DNA of 64,000 bases from a virus (taxonomy: Duplodnaviria; Caudoviricetes): positions 1 through 64,000 of the IMG/VR virus record IMGVR_UViG_3300028549_001530; one strand, given 5' to 3'. The notes beneath the pieces are model-generated. The model saw only the letters and a program-made list of their open reading frames with translations, was not told the DNA's origin and ran no database searches. The translations under genes were made by a program, and so were the position numbers. Shown one piece after another: positions 49,998-59,908 of this stretch. The stretch's first letter is position 1. Every line of letters begins with the position of its first letter.

Positions 49998-50107
49998 AGT
50001 TAAGATTCACTACGTTCATCTTGTTCTCAAGAATTAGTGAACGTAATTCTAAGATACAGCTTGCTGTATCGGAGATTCTTTCAGTTAAGATTCACTACGT
50101 TCATCTT
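49998..50107. repeat. 25-bp direct repeat pair
   Basis: agttaagattcactacgttcatctt at 49998-50022 and 50083-50107. Confidence 0.9.
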
Positions 50108-50159
50108 TTACTCGATAGCTGTTACACCTAGTTAAGTTGCCTTGGAAATAATCTCGGTT

Positions 50160-50178
50160 ACATATATATTACATGTAA
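50160..50178 (+). promoter_or_regulatory. Phage early-type promoter motif
   Basis: ACATATATATTACATGTAA (contains TATATTAC). Confidence 0.78.
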
Positions 50179-50241
50179 ACAAGCATTGCTTTATTCATAG
50201 TTATAACAACTGTGGGTAGTGTTTGTTAATAGGAGATTATT

Positions 50242-50610
50242 ATGAGCGCTAAAATGTCAAACTACGAAGTGATGATGCAAGCTATGCGGATAGAGCAAGG
50301 ACTTGCCTCATTCTCACAAGTTGCTGACGTCATTTTGGATAGTATCAAACCCAAGTGGATGGGGTCATACCTTGCGGGTATGATGGTCCAAGGTAACTGG
50401 CCGGTAGATGCAACACACGGAGTATGTGTGGTCACCAATCACCGGTCATTCGGTAATATTGAAAATCAACAGCGTTACTTCTTTTCCTCAAAAGAAGAAA
50501 TGGATGGTTGGCTTAGAGAGTTGAATTACGACTGCGATATTGCCGTTGCGGTTCATAAGTTCTATTGGGATTTAGGTCCCAATAAGGACGGCATAGACTA
50601 CTTAAACTAA
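50242..50610 (+). CDS. Hypothetical protein
   Basis: AGGAG RBS after leader hairpin copy C. Confidence 0.65.
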   Translation: MSAKMSNYEVMMQAMRIEQGLASFSQVADVILDSIKPKWMGSYLAGMMVQGNWPVDATHGVCVVTNHRSFGNIENQQRYFFSSKEEMDGWLRELNYDCDIAVAVHKFYWDLGPNKDGIDYLN

Positions 50611-50695
50611 AGGTGTTTAGGTAGTCGTAAGAAATTAGCTTAACAGCTTTTTTCTTTTAATAAGGGCGACATTTGACAAAAATGGGGAAATTTTC

Positions 50696-50965
50696 ATGAA
50701 TGCTAAACAAAGAAAAAGTAATAGAGCAAATGCTTATATGTTAAAATCCATTAGCCGTAAGAAAGAACTCTCTATAGTTGTTTGTGAAAACTGTGGAGAG
50801 TTTGGTGGTCACTGGGTTTCTATAAGAGGAACTAGTATATTTAGTATGATTCATGGTTTAGATGATCAAGAAGGTTTTTGGACTTGTTCTAAGTTATATC
50901 GTGAAGACGGCAGAAGATTATCTGGGGGTTTAAATGCTAAGATTAAACAGACTAACGACACCTGA
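50696..50965 (+). CDS. Hypothetical protein with CxxC
   Basis: VCENCG motif. Confidence 0.55.
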   Translation: MNAKQRKSNRANAYMLKSISRKKELSIVVCENCGEFGGHWVSIRGTSIFSMIHGLDDQEGFWTCSKLYREDGRRLSGGLNAKIKQTNDT

Positions 50966-51161
50966 GCTATTGAATCATTTAGATTCTATCAAATACCACA
51001 GTCCTATCATCTTAGAACTGTGTAAAAGACTCGAAGATGTAGAAGATAAGATAAATCTATTAACAGATAAAGTAGAGTGCCCTGTTTGCCAAGCTAAACT
51101 TCTAGCAGACAAAGATGTCATGAATGGTTTCTATACTCTTAAAATAGACAAAGACACTTAA
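50934..51161 (+). CDS. Hypothetical protein with C-terminal Zn ribbon
   Basis: VECPVCQ motif. Confidence 0.55.
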   Translation: MLRLNRLTTPELLNHLDSIKYHSPIILELCKRLEDVEDKINLLTDKVECPVCQAKLLADKDVMNGFYTLKIDKDT

Positions 51162-51271
51162 TTCTAACTCATCTCAATACCCTTTCTTTGGGTATTGAGA
51201 TGAGACTTAAATCCCTATACCACTAACGATTTTTTCTATTATTTGATTTAAATTTAAAAAGGATTTTACAA

Positions 51272-51676
51272 ATGGGAAATAACATAGAACCACCAAACAG
51301 CGATGAACTAATAGTTAGACATGCCTTTTATTCTAAGGTTAGTTCAGAATTATCAGCTAACAGTAAAGATATAAATAATCTTGGTAATAATCTTAGAACT
51401 TTTGTATCTGACTTTGAAACTATAAAAGATGAAGTTAAAGCCACTGAAACTAGAAATAAAACAATTATAGCGGTTGCAGCTTTAATATGGACAGTTTTAG
51501 GTGGATCTATAGGAATGTATATACAAAAAGGTTTTTCTAGTAATGAATTACATGAACAAAAAATACTTGCTCTAGAGAACACCATAGAAAAACAAAAAAT
51601 AGATTACGAAAACTATAAAGCTAATACTAAAAGGGATTTTTCTGATATCATGAATATCATAAACAGTAAAAAATAA
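51272..51676 (+). CDS. Single-TM coiled-coil membrane protein
   Basis: Central TM IIAVAALIWTVLGGSIGMYI. Confidence 0.6.
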   Translation: MGNNIEPPNSDELIVRHAFYSKVSSELSANSKDINNLGNNLRTFVSDFETIKDEVKATETRNKTIIAVAALIWTVLGGSIGMYIQKGFSSNELHEQKILALENTIEKQKIDYENYKANTKRDFSDIMNIINSKK

Positions 51677-51685
51677 GGAATAATT

Positions 51686-52471
51686 ATGGATATCTATTTT
51701 TCTTATATTTTTATATTTATTTATTTTTCATTTACAACTATAGCTATTTATGTGTATATACACTACATGTATAGTAAGGACAAAATTAATGAAAATTTTA
51801 AGTCTACTAACTTAAAATTAATAAATAAAAAGTTATTAACATCTAATAAATATAAAAAATATATTATTAAAAATAGAATTAAATTTCCTAAAGATCTTTA
51901 TAAATATATAAAAAAACCTGATTCAGGGGAAATAGCTAATTTATTACTCACTATGCCTCCAAATATAAATAATACCACTGATAACGACATACAAGATATA
52001 TATAGAGCTATCACTATCTCTTCTTTAATATTTAACGAAGAGATACCGTTATACTGTTATATTCTTGACGATAGAACAAAAGAACTTTATCATATGGTTA
52101 TGCTTGATTTAAAACCTATCTATGTTATTATCTTAGATTTTTTCAATGAAAAGATAAAAGAAATAGTAAGTAATGATATAGAAAATTATAATTTTCAAGT
52201 AGAGACATATAATAAAGAATTAATTGTTGTTGGAACAGAAATTATAGAAGAAAGTAAAAATAATTCGTTCCCAAGTTTAGAATATTTTACAGATAAAATT
52301 AATAAGAAATATAATAAGTCATTTAATGATTATGAAGTTCAGTCTATAGCTACTGCTTTTTCAGCTATTTCTAATATAAAAATACCAGCTATTTATATAA
52401 ATTTAAATATAATATCTTTGTCTTTAATAAATTTTACAATTTTTAAATTTAGGGGATTAAATGAAAAATAA
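51686..52471 (+). CDS. Hypothetical membrane-anchored protein (very AT-rich)
   Basis: N-terminal TM, AAGGA RBS. Confidence 0.55.
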   Translation: MDIYFSYIFIFIYFSFTTIAIYVYIHYMYSKDKINENFKSTNLKLINKKLLTSNKYKKYIIKNRIKFPKDLYKYIKKPDSGEIANLLLTMPPNINNTTDNDIQDIYRAITISSLIFNEEIPLYCYILDDRTKELYHMVMLDLKPIYVIILDFFNEKIKEIVSNDIENYNFQVETYNKELIVVGTEIIEESKNNSFPSLEYFTDKINKKYNKSFNDYEVQSIATAFSAISNIKIPAIYINLNIISLSLINFTIFKFRGLNEK

Positions 52472-53303
52472 CAATATATCAAAAATTACTTTAGCTGATT
52501 TACCAATTATACCAGAAATTATATCAGTCCTCTTAATTGAACTCAATAAAGAAGAACCAGATAGTAAGATAATATCACAACTTATTACTAAAGATGCCTT
52601 TATAACAACTAAGCTTATATCTTTAGCTAATTCTTCTTATTTTAATTTATTTAGAAAAATAGATAACGTTGATGATGTTTTAAAGTATATTGGTTTTAAA
52701 AAAATAACTAATATTATTTTACTTATAGGATTATCTAAAACCATTAAAAATATTAAAGGTTTAGATATGTACACGTTATGGCGTTTTAATTTAAACACAA
52801 GTAAAATATGTGAACACATTGCTTCACTTTATAAACACAATATGACTACAGCCCTAACGGTTGGCCTTCTTCACGGAATAGGTGAATTTATATTGTATTT
52901 AAAAATGAATAAAGAATTAATAGAACTTGATAACCATTTTAATTTCTTAGATTTAAATAGAGTTGAAGTAGAAAGTGATAAACTAAAAATTAACTATTTA
53001 GAGGTAACTACTTGCTTTTTAGAAAAAAATAATTTTTCTAAAGTTATTTTAAACCCACTTAAAGAACAAATGATAATATATAACAATAGTCTTGAATATA
53101 AAGATATAAGTGATATGGGTTTAATACTACATCTAGCTATATGGATATCTAAAATAAAGACTAAGGATCAAAAAACTAACCTGTATGAATTAGATTATCC
53201 TAAAAAAATTATTTCACATTTAGGTTTAGAAGAGTGTGATGTACTAGTTCATGATGACTCTTTTTGGGTTACTAAAGATGAAGTGATGATGCTAGTAAAC
53301 TAA
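52461..53303 (+). CDS. Stand-alone HDOD-domain protein
   Basis: LPIIPEI...I.KD..IT.KL..LANSSYF, I..V..A/V..YIG and GLLHGIG motifs. Confidence 0.88.
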   Translation: MKNNNISKITLADLPIIPEIISVLLIELNKEEPDSKIISQLITKDAFITTKLISLANSSYFNLFRKIDNVDDVLKYIGFKKITNIILLIGLSKTIKNIKGLDMYTLWRFNLNTSKICEHIASLYKHNMTTALTVGLLHGIGEFILYLKMNKELIELDNHFNFLDLNRVEVESDKLKINYLEVTTCFLEKNNFSKVILNPLKEQMIIYNNSLEYKDISDMGLILHLAIWISKIKTKDQKTNLYELDYPKKIISHLGLEECDVLVHDDSFWVTKDEVMMLVN

Positions 53304-53306
53304 ATT

Positions 53307-53350
53307 AAGAGACTCACCAACAGCCTTAAACAGCTGTTGGTGAGTCTCTT
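53307..53350. terminator. Bidirectional terminator
   Basis: aagagactcaccaacagc-cttaaaca-gctgttggtgagtctctt. Confidence 0.78.
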
Positions 53351-53353
53351 TAT

Positions 53354-54864
53354 CTAAGATTTAGCTAAAACCCCGGCCTTTAATTCGTTTCACTCATTGC
53401 TCTTCGAGTAGGCCGGGGATACAGCGTAAATACTATGGTTATACAACCAGGCTTCCAGAACTTAATGAAAGGGTTACAACATGGAACAGTCTCCTAAAAA
53501 GCCCTTTGTTAAGGGTTACAAATACCGCATCTACCCAACAGACGAACAAAAGCACTTCTTAGCTAAAACCTTCGGTGCTTGTCGCTTCCTCTATAACAAA
53601 GTCCTGGCAGACACCCAAAGGGAACATCAAGCCTACGTTTTTGCCAAAGAAAATGGCACACTCACTGATACCATCAAAGAGCCTAACCTCTCTTCTAACG
53701 CCCTAGCCTACAGAGTATCCACACACCGTAATAACCCAGAGACTGCTTGGCTACAAGAGACATCCTCTGTGGCCTTGCAGCAAGCTCTTATACACTTAGG
53801 AGGTGCTTATGAGCGCTACTTCAAGTCACTCAAGAGTGTGCGTAAAGGCCGCTTCTCTAAGCCAACCTTCAAGAAGAAAGTAGAGCGCCAGTCGTTCAAC
53901 CTGATGGGAAATGGCTTTCGCCTTAAAGACCACCAACTCTATATCGCTAAGCTAGACACTCCCCTTAAAGTCATTTGGTCCAGAGAGTTGCCAAGCTACC
54001 CCACTTCTCTGGCTATCTCCAAGACACCCTCAGGGGAGTACTACGTCTCCTTCACCTGTGAGTACACTCCTCAAAAGACTGCCGGTGAGACCAACGTAGG
54101 CATCGACCTAGGCATCAAAACCTATGCAACTCTCTCTACAGGTGACAAACTAGAGAACCCACGGTGGCTTCAAAACCACCTTAAATCCCTTAAGCGTCAC
54201 CAGCAATCCCTCTCAAGGAAAACCAAAGGAAGTAAGAACCGCACTAAATCTAGAATCAAAGTAGCCAAGCTACACCAAAAGGTCACCAACGCCCGTCATG
54301 ACTGGCAACACAAGGCAACTCGTACACTGGTTAACAATAGCCACGTAATCGGTGTAGAAGCCCTAGCTGTCGCCAACATGATACGTAACCGCAAGCTCAG
54401 TAAAGCTATACAAGACGCAGCCTGGTCTTCGTTCTTTCAGAAGCTTCAGTACAAGGTGGTGGAATCCCAACATGCTACCCTCATCTATATGAGCACCTTC
54501 TACCCAAGCAGCCATATCTGTTCACTAACAGGTAAGCAGCTTGAGAGGAAGCTCTTACTAGACGAGCGCACTTGGGACTGTCCGTTCTGTGGCAACACAC
54601 ACGACAGAGACCTTAACGCAGCAGCTAACATCGAGAATAAGGCTATGGAGCTCTATGCTACACTGCCCGTCTCGAAGTCACACCACGGTGAAGTAGCCGT
54701 CGTAGCTGGCTAATCTAACAACACCTGAGAGGGCACTCAGGTTCAGACCATGGAGAGTTCTTCACCTCTACTATCAGGCAACTGGTAGCATGTACCTCTT
54801 TGAAGTGGTAACCCCTAATGGTAACCTTAGGAATCCCCGGCCTTCAGGCCGGGGAGGATGTCAA
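53354..54864 (+). mobile_element. Complete non-autonomous IS200/IS605 element (tnpB only), copy 2; inferred TAM TTAT
   Basis: TTAT at 53350-53353; AAAA at the foot of the LE hairpin ccccggcct...aggccgggg; RE GAAT-hairpin-TCAA. Ends obey IS608-type guide/cleavage pairing rules; no tnpA. Confidence 0.88.
53481..54713 (+). CDS. tnpB: TnpB RNA-guided endonuclease, copy 2
   Basis: KGYKYRIYPT HTH, GIDLG, VEAL, HDRDLNAA; 410 aa. Confidence 0.96.
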   Translation: MEQSPKKPFVKGYKYRIYPTDEQKHFLAKTFGACRFLYNKVLADTQREHQAYVFAKENGTLTDTIKEPNLSSNALAYRVSTHRNNPETAWLQETSSVALQQALIHLGGAYERYFKSLKSVRKGRFSKPTFKKKVERQSFNLMGNGFRLKDHQLYIAKLDTPLKVIWSRELPSYPTSLAISKTPSGEYYVSFTCEYTPQKTAGETNVGIDLGIKTYATLSTGDKLENPRWLQNHLKSLKRHQQSLSRKTKGSKNRTKSRIKVAKLHQKVTNARHDWQHKATRTLVNNSHVIGVEALAVANMIRNRKLSKAIQDAAWSSFFQKLQYKVVESQHATLIYMSTFYPSSHICSLTGKQLERKLLLDERTWDCPFCGNTHDRDLNAAANIENKAMELYATLPVSKSHHGEVAVVAG

Positions 54865-54884
54865 GTTACTCAGTCATATAGGCT
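54714..54884 (+). ncRNA. TnpB omega/reRNA plus guide GTTACTCAGTCATATAGGCT
   Basis: Conserved 3' scaffold, guide taken from the right flank. Confidence 0.75.
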
Positions 54885-56500
54885 AAAACAGCATCTAATG
54901 TATCAATACTGGCACTGAAAAAGAACTTGTTTTCAGCTGATATGTAGTATTCCTTCTTCTTTAGCTGTTGATTTACCTCGGCTATTGAATCATCCGTAAG
55001 CAGCGCTATAACGGAGATGGTGTCACCATCAACGTCAGAACCAAGACCACCATAATGACTTGTATGGACTGCAGTTGTATTGAAGAAATCAGAGTCTCTA
55101 ATAGGGAATGAGTAAGCTAAACTGCCAGTAGGAGTCCAGTCACTTCCAAGCTCCTCTAAAGACTCATACTTGTTAGTTGTTTTAAGCTTCATCATACTTG
55201 GGTAAATACTACCATATCCAGTAATAGGGTATCGAGTAATAAGTCCAGGAATCTTACCACTTAAATGATAGATAGAAATATACAAGAACTCTGCCATTGT
55301 GATAGGAGAAACACGCTCTTTACTATAACCTTCTGGCAACTCATCGATATCTTGCATAAACCTAAAGTACTTCTCATCCTTATAGATCAAACCAAGGTAG
55401 TGTTTACCTTTATTAAGAACAATAGGGGTATGGCGAATATCGAGGTTACCAAAGTTTGCTAATACCTTCTCCAAGCCATCAGAACTCGTCCAGAGGTCAT
55501 AATCTTTCTGGATGTGTGTATTGAGTACCTCTTCCTTCTTTAACGTCTTAGCGTTCGTTAAAATAGCAAAGGTGGTATTCTCAATAAAAATGTCTTTGAT
55601 GTACCTACTCTTAATCTCGTACAAAGACTTAGGAACAATAGCTCTTAAGAATTGGTGCAGTCCAACATAGCACTCATTGTACCCAAGTCTATTAGGATCG
55701 TTGATGTTATTGACTTTCTCAATACTGCCTGAGAGAACATTACGAGTAGAATTGAAGACTTTACGAGAAAGCCACTTACTAAGAATAAGTTTATGCTTGC
55801 CTTCTAGTAGAGACTTAATATACTCAAATAAGTCTAAAGTTATGTTTTGTAGACCTTTACGGATATTGTCATACACTTCTGGTGTTTTACGAGCGAGTTG
55901 TTTATCAATTAGAGAGGTTTGAAAGAGAAGTTTTCTATAGAAGGTGTTAACTTCATCTTCTTGGGGTTTGCCTGAAGCATCAATAGTATAGTCTCTGATA
56001 CCTGCTGGAAGAACTAGCATATACTTTAAGATGTACTTATTTTCTTTGATGGCTTTTTTGTAAAGCTGAATAAGGAAAGATCTCTGTTCAGACTGTGTTT
56101 CTTCAAAGACGAGTTCATGTGCATGTTTAAAGAAGAAAGAGTAACCAGTATCGGCACCTTCTTCATTAGACTTAATGAAAGCCTTTGTTTTATCATCCCA
56201 TAGTGCTAGAGTGGTGCCTTGTGCTATATCTTTGTAGAAAGACTTTAAACTAACAATAGTATCATAAATAAGAGGGTGGATTAACTCTACTTTTAAGTCT
56301 ATATAAGCAAAAGCAGTCCCACGGTATGAGGTACCTACGGTACCCCAAATACGGTTAGAAAATAGTCCATCTGGCGCAAAGTTACCAGACTGATCAAAGA
56401 TCTGAACGTCTGAGACTTGTTGAAGTTTTTGAATACTGTTATCATCTACATAAAGTAATTCTATATTGACAGGCAGTTTTTGTAATGTGGTTAAGTCCAA
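54866..56500 (-). CDS. Virion RNA polymerase beta'-like subunit (phiKZ gp180-like)
   Basis: DGLFS..IWG, VLPAGIRD, LEGK and RYP motifs and catalytic-type SDVDGD; adjacent to the tape-measure region as in phiKZ; TTG start with AAGGAG RBS. Confidence 0.85.
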   Translation of the reverse strand: MDLTTLQKLPVNIELLYVDDNSIQKLQQVSDVQIFDQSGNFAPDGLFSNRIWGTVGTSYRGTAFAYIDLKVELIHPLIYDTIVSLKSFYKDIAQGTTLALWDDKTKAFIKSNEEGADTGYSFFFKHAHELVFEETQSEQRSFLIQLYKKAIKENKYILKYMLVLPAGIRDYTIDASGKPQEDEVNTFYRKLLFQTSLIDKQLARKTPEVYDNIRKGLQNITLDLFEYIKSLLEGKHKLILSKWLSRKVFNSTRNVLSGSIEKVNNINDPNRLGYNECYVGLHQFLRAIVPKSLYEIKSRYIKDIFIENTTFAILTNAKTLKKEEVLNTHIQKDYDLWTSSDGLEKVLANFGNLDIRHTPIVLNKGKHYLGLIYKDEKYFRFMQDIDELPEGYSKERVSPITMAEFLYISIYHLSGKIPGLITRYPITGYGSIYPSMMKLKTTNKYESLEELGSDWTPTGSLAYSFPIRDSDFFNTTAVHTSHYGGLGSDVDGDTISVIALLTDDSIAEVNQQLKKKEYYISAENKFFFSASIDTLDAVLAYMTE

Positions 56501-56603
56501 GGGATTCTCCTTTAAAGGTATTCACACCATTTTAAGAAGTGTGAAAAAGAAAAAGATTTGTTGGAGACATGCTGTGAGTGTGTATTTCCTTAAGGAGTTT
56601 AAT

Positions 56604-59600
56604 ATGGTCGATAAGAAAAAAACTAAGAGCAGCAAAGTCGGAGATGATATGGATTTTGGTGATCTAGAGGACATGGGTCTAGATGAAGATATGGAGTTTG
56701 GTGATGAAGCTGGATTAGATAGTGGAGGTAGAAAACCATCGGCAACAGACGTAGCTAAGGATTTAAGTAAAGAAGCTAGTAAGGGTTTCTTTGATTCTGT
56801 TTTAAAGGAAACTGCTAAAAAGTCCCTTCCTGAGGCATATATTTCCAACTATTCAGAGCTTTCTGACTATGCTGATTTTACTAAAGAGACTTTTGATAGA
56901 AGTAAAAATAAATTAAATAAGAGTCTATATAGAGCTGGTAAAGAAGTTAAGAAAATACTTCCATTTCACTTTAAAGCTTTAGATAGTTATTTAGAAAAGT
57001 ATGAATCTGACTTTGAGACGTTTAAACAACAGACTCAAGAGCAGATGCAAGATGCTAGTACTAGTAGTGCTATCAGTAGTATCTTTGATAAACAACTAGA
57101 AGTACAAAAAGCTCTAGTAGCTAAGAGTGACTCTGAAGACAATGTTCGTCATAAAGAGACAATAGCAATTAATAAAGTTAATTTAGATACTTTAACGAGT
57201 ATAGATAACAACGTTGCTAATCAGACTGCTTTTACTTTACAAATTAGTAAAGAGTACTTTAAGAAATCTTTGGAATTACAGTTTAAGAGCTACTATATCC
57301 AGGCTGATCAATTAAAGACAATGAGAGACTATTATAAGGGTTTCTCTATTCAATTTGATAGTATTGCTAAGAATACGAGTCTTCCTGAATTTGTTAAATT
57401 AAAGAACACAGAGAGATTGCAAGAAATTATGCGTACTCAGATGGTTGAGAGTACATATAAGACAATGTTTAGTAACTCTAAGTATATTGAAGGTGTGAAG
57501 AAGAAAGTGGGTCAGTTAGTTGACGAGAAGATTGGTAGTATAACTGATATTATTGACAATGTGACTGGTCAATTGGAGATGATGAACTCTGCTGGTGAAA
57601 TGGGTGGTGGTGGAGGTAGTATACTTGCTAGCGCTTTGAGTGGTATGTTAGGAAGCACTTTAGGTGAGAAAGTTGCTGGTAAAATCTCACCTAAGATTAT
57701 GGATAAAATAAAGGATAATAAGACCATTAATGCTGGTGGTAACTTTTTATCTACATTAAGTACATCACCTAGTACTTTATTTGGAGATTTAAGAGACAGA
57801 GCTGCTAAGAAGACTGAGGAGATGGAAGGTAAAGACACACCTACTGGATGGCTTGGTAGTAAACTCTTTGGTGGGTTGACACAGATCTTAGGAGCTACTA
57901 CTCCTGATAAAATAAATACTGAAGTTAAAGGACAGAGTATATTAACTCATGGTCAACCTGCTATCTTTGACAATAAGGTGCATAGAAGTATCACTGAGAT
58001 TATTCCGATGTACCTCTCTAAGATTCTAAAAGAAAATAGTGATGTTAATAAGTTACAGCAACTTATCTTTAATGACTCTAGAAGAAACTTAGAAAAAATT
58101 GATGATCGAGCTAAAAAATATGAAAGAAGAAAAAATGGTAAGACCACAATAGTAGAAGAGAAGAAATCAGAGTTACCTCAGTTTAATGCTAGTGAAGAAA
58201 TGCATTATGATTATGAAAATAGAACTTTTGTTAATAAAGCTGACTTAATAACAAATGTACAAAAGTCTGTATTTAAAGGTCGTGGTAGAGATACTAAAGC
58301 TAAAAGAGTAGGCTCCACTATTTTAAGTAGAAGTTCAAATGAGCTTGATAAAGTTGATAAAAGTCAAATGAGTAAAGATGAAAAAGCAAAAGCTAATATA
58401 GAGATAAAACTTCTTAAAAATAAAGAGACTCAAGCTTTACTAGAAGATTACTTAAGTAAAGCTAGTGATCAATCAGATATTAATTTTGATTATACCACAC
58501 TAATTGAAAATCATGAAAAAGCAACTGGAAGTTTAAAAGAAATTTTAGATAGAAGTCCGGAGTTAGTTCATATTCTTGGTCTTATTAAAAAGTCAAAAGT
58601 AGATAAAGTAGATAAAACATTAGATTCATCAATGAAAGACGTTAAAGAAGATTATCCTATTACTGCAGTTAAAGAATTATTTAAAGCAGTTTCTATGATA
58701 GCTGGTAGAAAAATCTATAATTCTATTAAGGACTCAAATGCTTTAATAGTTGCAAAAGCTTTGACAGTATATATAACACAAGGTTGTAATAATAGTGGTG
58801 GTGAAGATATACTCCCTACCACATTAGGTAACGGTAAGTGTTTTTGTCGCCTTACTAAAGAAGATGTATTAAAGGTACAAGATAATATTAAAGTACTTAT
58901 TTCTGACGTTAAATTAATTAATGATAGTGGTGATCTACTATTACAATCATCTTTATTAGGTTACATTACTTTAGTTAATAAAAGTTTAAAAGATAATATT
59001 AATATTGACCCAAGTGTGTTTCAAACTTTACATGAATATAATCCAATGTTTGTAAAAAAGGGACAACTAAGTACTGAGAACTTTGTAGAAGGAATACTTG
59101 GTAATTTTAAAGATCCAGACTATATAGACTCAGACGACTTAAGATCTTTAACTAGAACTAAGAAGAATGAAAATGATCAAATTAGAAATAGAATAACACA
59201 AGATACCATCCCCAGTGGGATGGATAATTTCTTTAATGGTGTTAAAAAACGTCAAGATAAATTTAAAGCTGATTTAGCTGCTGCCGGAACTAACCCTAAA
59301 GCTTTATTTGGTGTGCTAACTAACACACTTAAAGAAGCTAAAGATGGCATAGAATCTGTAGCAAAATCAGCTTACACTAAGAGCACACAAAAACTATCTG
59401 AACTATCAAAGCTTGTAGATGACATCACACAAAAAGGTGCTAACAAAGCTCTTCCTGTAGTCATAGGTAAACTCAGTGACATTTCTAGAGATCTTAAAGC
59501 TAGAATAGACGGTGAGAATGAATCCAGAAGAAAACTCATCGATGCAGTCACTACGACACATGCTGCTGCAGCAGAGTCTTTAGATATAAGTAATTTAGAT

Positions 59601-59846
59601 GGTAAGACTGAGAAAGAAATCAAAATGATTAATAGGGTAGCTGACGCCAAGATAATGGTGTTAAAGACTTTATTAAAAGACATAGATATAACACAAGTCA
59701 AACTTAATGGTTATGCTCCAGATGGAAATGTAACTATAGATACCACTGAGCTATTTTTAACTCTTAAAGGAAGTGTTAGCACTCTGGTTAAGAGAAGTAA
59801 AGACGCTTTAGAGAAATATTCTCAAGACACGATGGATGTAACTTAA
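56604..59846 (+). CDS. Tail tape-measure-associated protein, N-terminal part (phiKZ gp181-like)
   Basis: Acidic DFGD-rich N-terminus, KSLELQFKSY and SLPEFVK motifs, synteny; start moved to the RBS-supported ATG 56604. Confidence 0.6.
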   Translation: MVDKKKTKSSKVGDDMDFGDLEDMGLDEDMEFGDEAGLDSGGRKPSATDVAKDLSKEASKGFFDSVLKETAKKSLPEAYISNYSELSDYADFTKETFDRSKNKLNKSLYRAGKEVKKILPFHFKALDSYLEKYESDFETFKQQTQEQMQDASTSSAISSIFDKQLEVQKALVAKSDSEDNVRHKETIAINKVNLDTLTSIDNNVANQTAFTLQISKEYFKKSLELQFKSYYIQADQLKTMRDYYKGFSIQFDSIAKNTSLPEFVKLKNTERLQEIMRTQMVESTYKTMFSNSKYIEGVKKKVGQLVDEKIGSITDIIDNVTGQLEMMNSAGEMGGGGGSILASALSGMLGSTLGEKVAGKISPKIMDKIKDNKTINAGGNFLSTLSTSPSTLFGDLRDRAAKKTEEMEGKDTPTGWLGSKLFGGLTQILGATTPDKINTEVKGQSILTHGQPAIFDNKVHRSITEIIPMYLSKILKENSDVNKLQQLIFNDSRRNLEKIDDRAKKYERRKNGKTTIVEEKKSELPQFNASEEMHYDYENRTFVNKADLITNVQKSVFKGRGRDTKAKRVGSTILSRSSNELDKVDKSQMSKDEKAKANIEIKLLKNKETQALLEDYLSKASDQSDINFDYTTLIENHEKATGSLKEILDRSPELVHILGLIKKSKVDKVDKTLDSSMKDVKEDYPITAVKELFKAVSMIAGRKIYNSIKDSNALIVAKALTVYITQGCNNSGGEDILPTTLGNGKCFCRLTKEDVLKVQDNIKVLISDVKLINDSGDLLLQSSLLGYITLVNKSLKDNINIDPSVFQTLHEYNPMFVKKGQLSTENFVEGILGNFKDPDYIDSDDLRSLTRTKKNENDQIRNRITQDTIPSGMDNFFNGVKKRQDKFKADLAAAGTNPKALFGVLTNTLKEAKDGIESVAKSAYTKSTQKLSELSKLVDDITQKGANKALPVVIGKLSDISRDLKARIDGENESRRKLIDAVTTTHAAAAESLDISNLDGKTEKEIKMINRVADAKIMVLKTLLKDIDITQVKLNGYAPDGNVTIDTTELFLTLKGSVSTLVKRSKDALEKYSQDTMDVT

Positions 59847-59850
59847 ACTA

Positions 59851-59889
59851 AAAACCCCTAGGCATCCATGTTTTGGATGCCTAGGGTTT
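59851..59889 (+). terminator. Hairpin between the two tape-measure-like genes
   Basis: ccctaggcatcca-tgttt-tggatgcctaggg. Confidence 0.65.
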
Positions 59890-59908
59890 AACTTAAAAGG
59901 AGTTTAAT

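Noticed and set aside
49998-50140. Possible mini-CRISPR array
   Set aside because: Only two repeats plus a short partial one, a 60-nt structured spacer, and no cas genes or CRISPR-like repeat ends.
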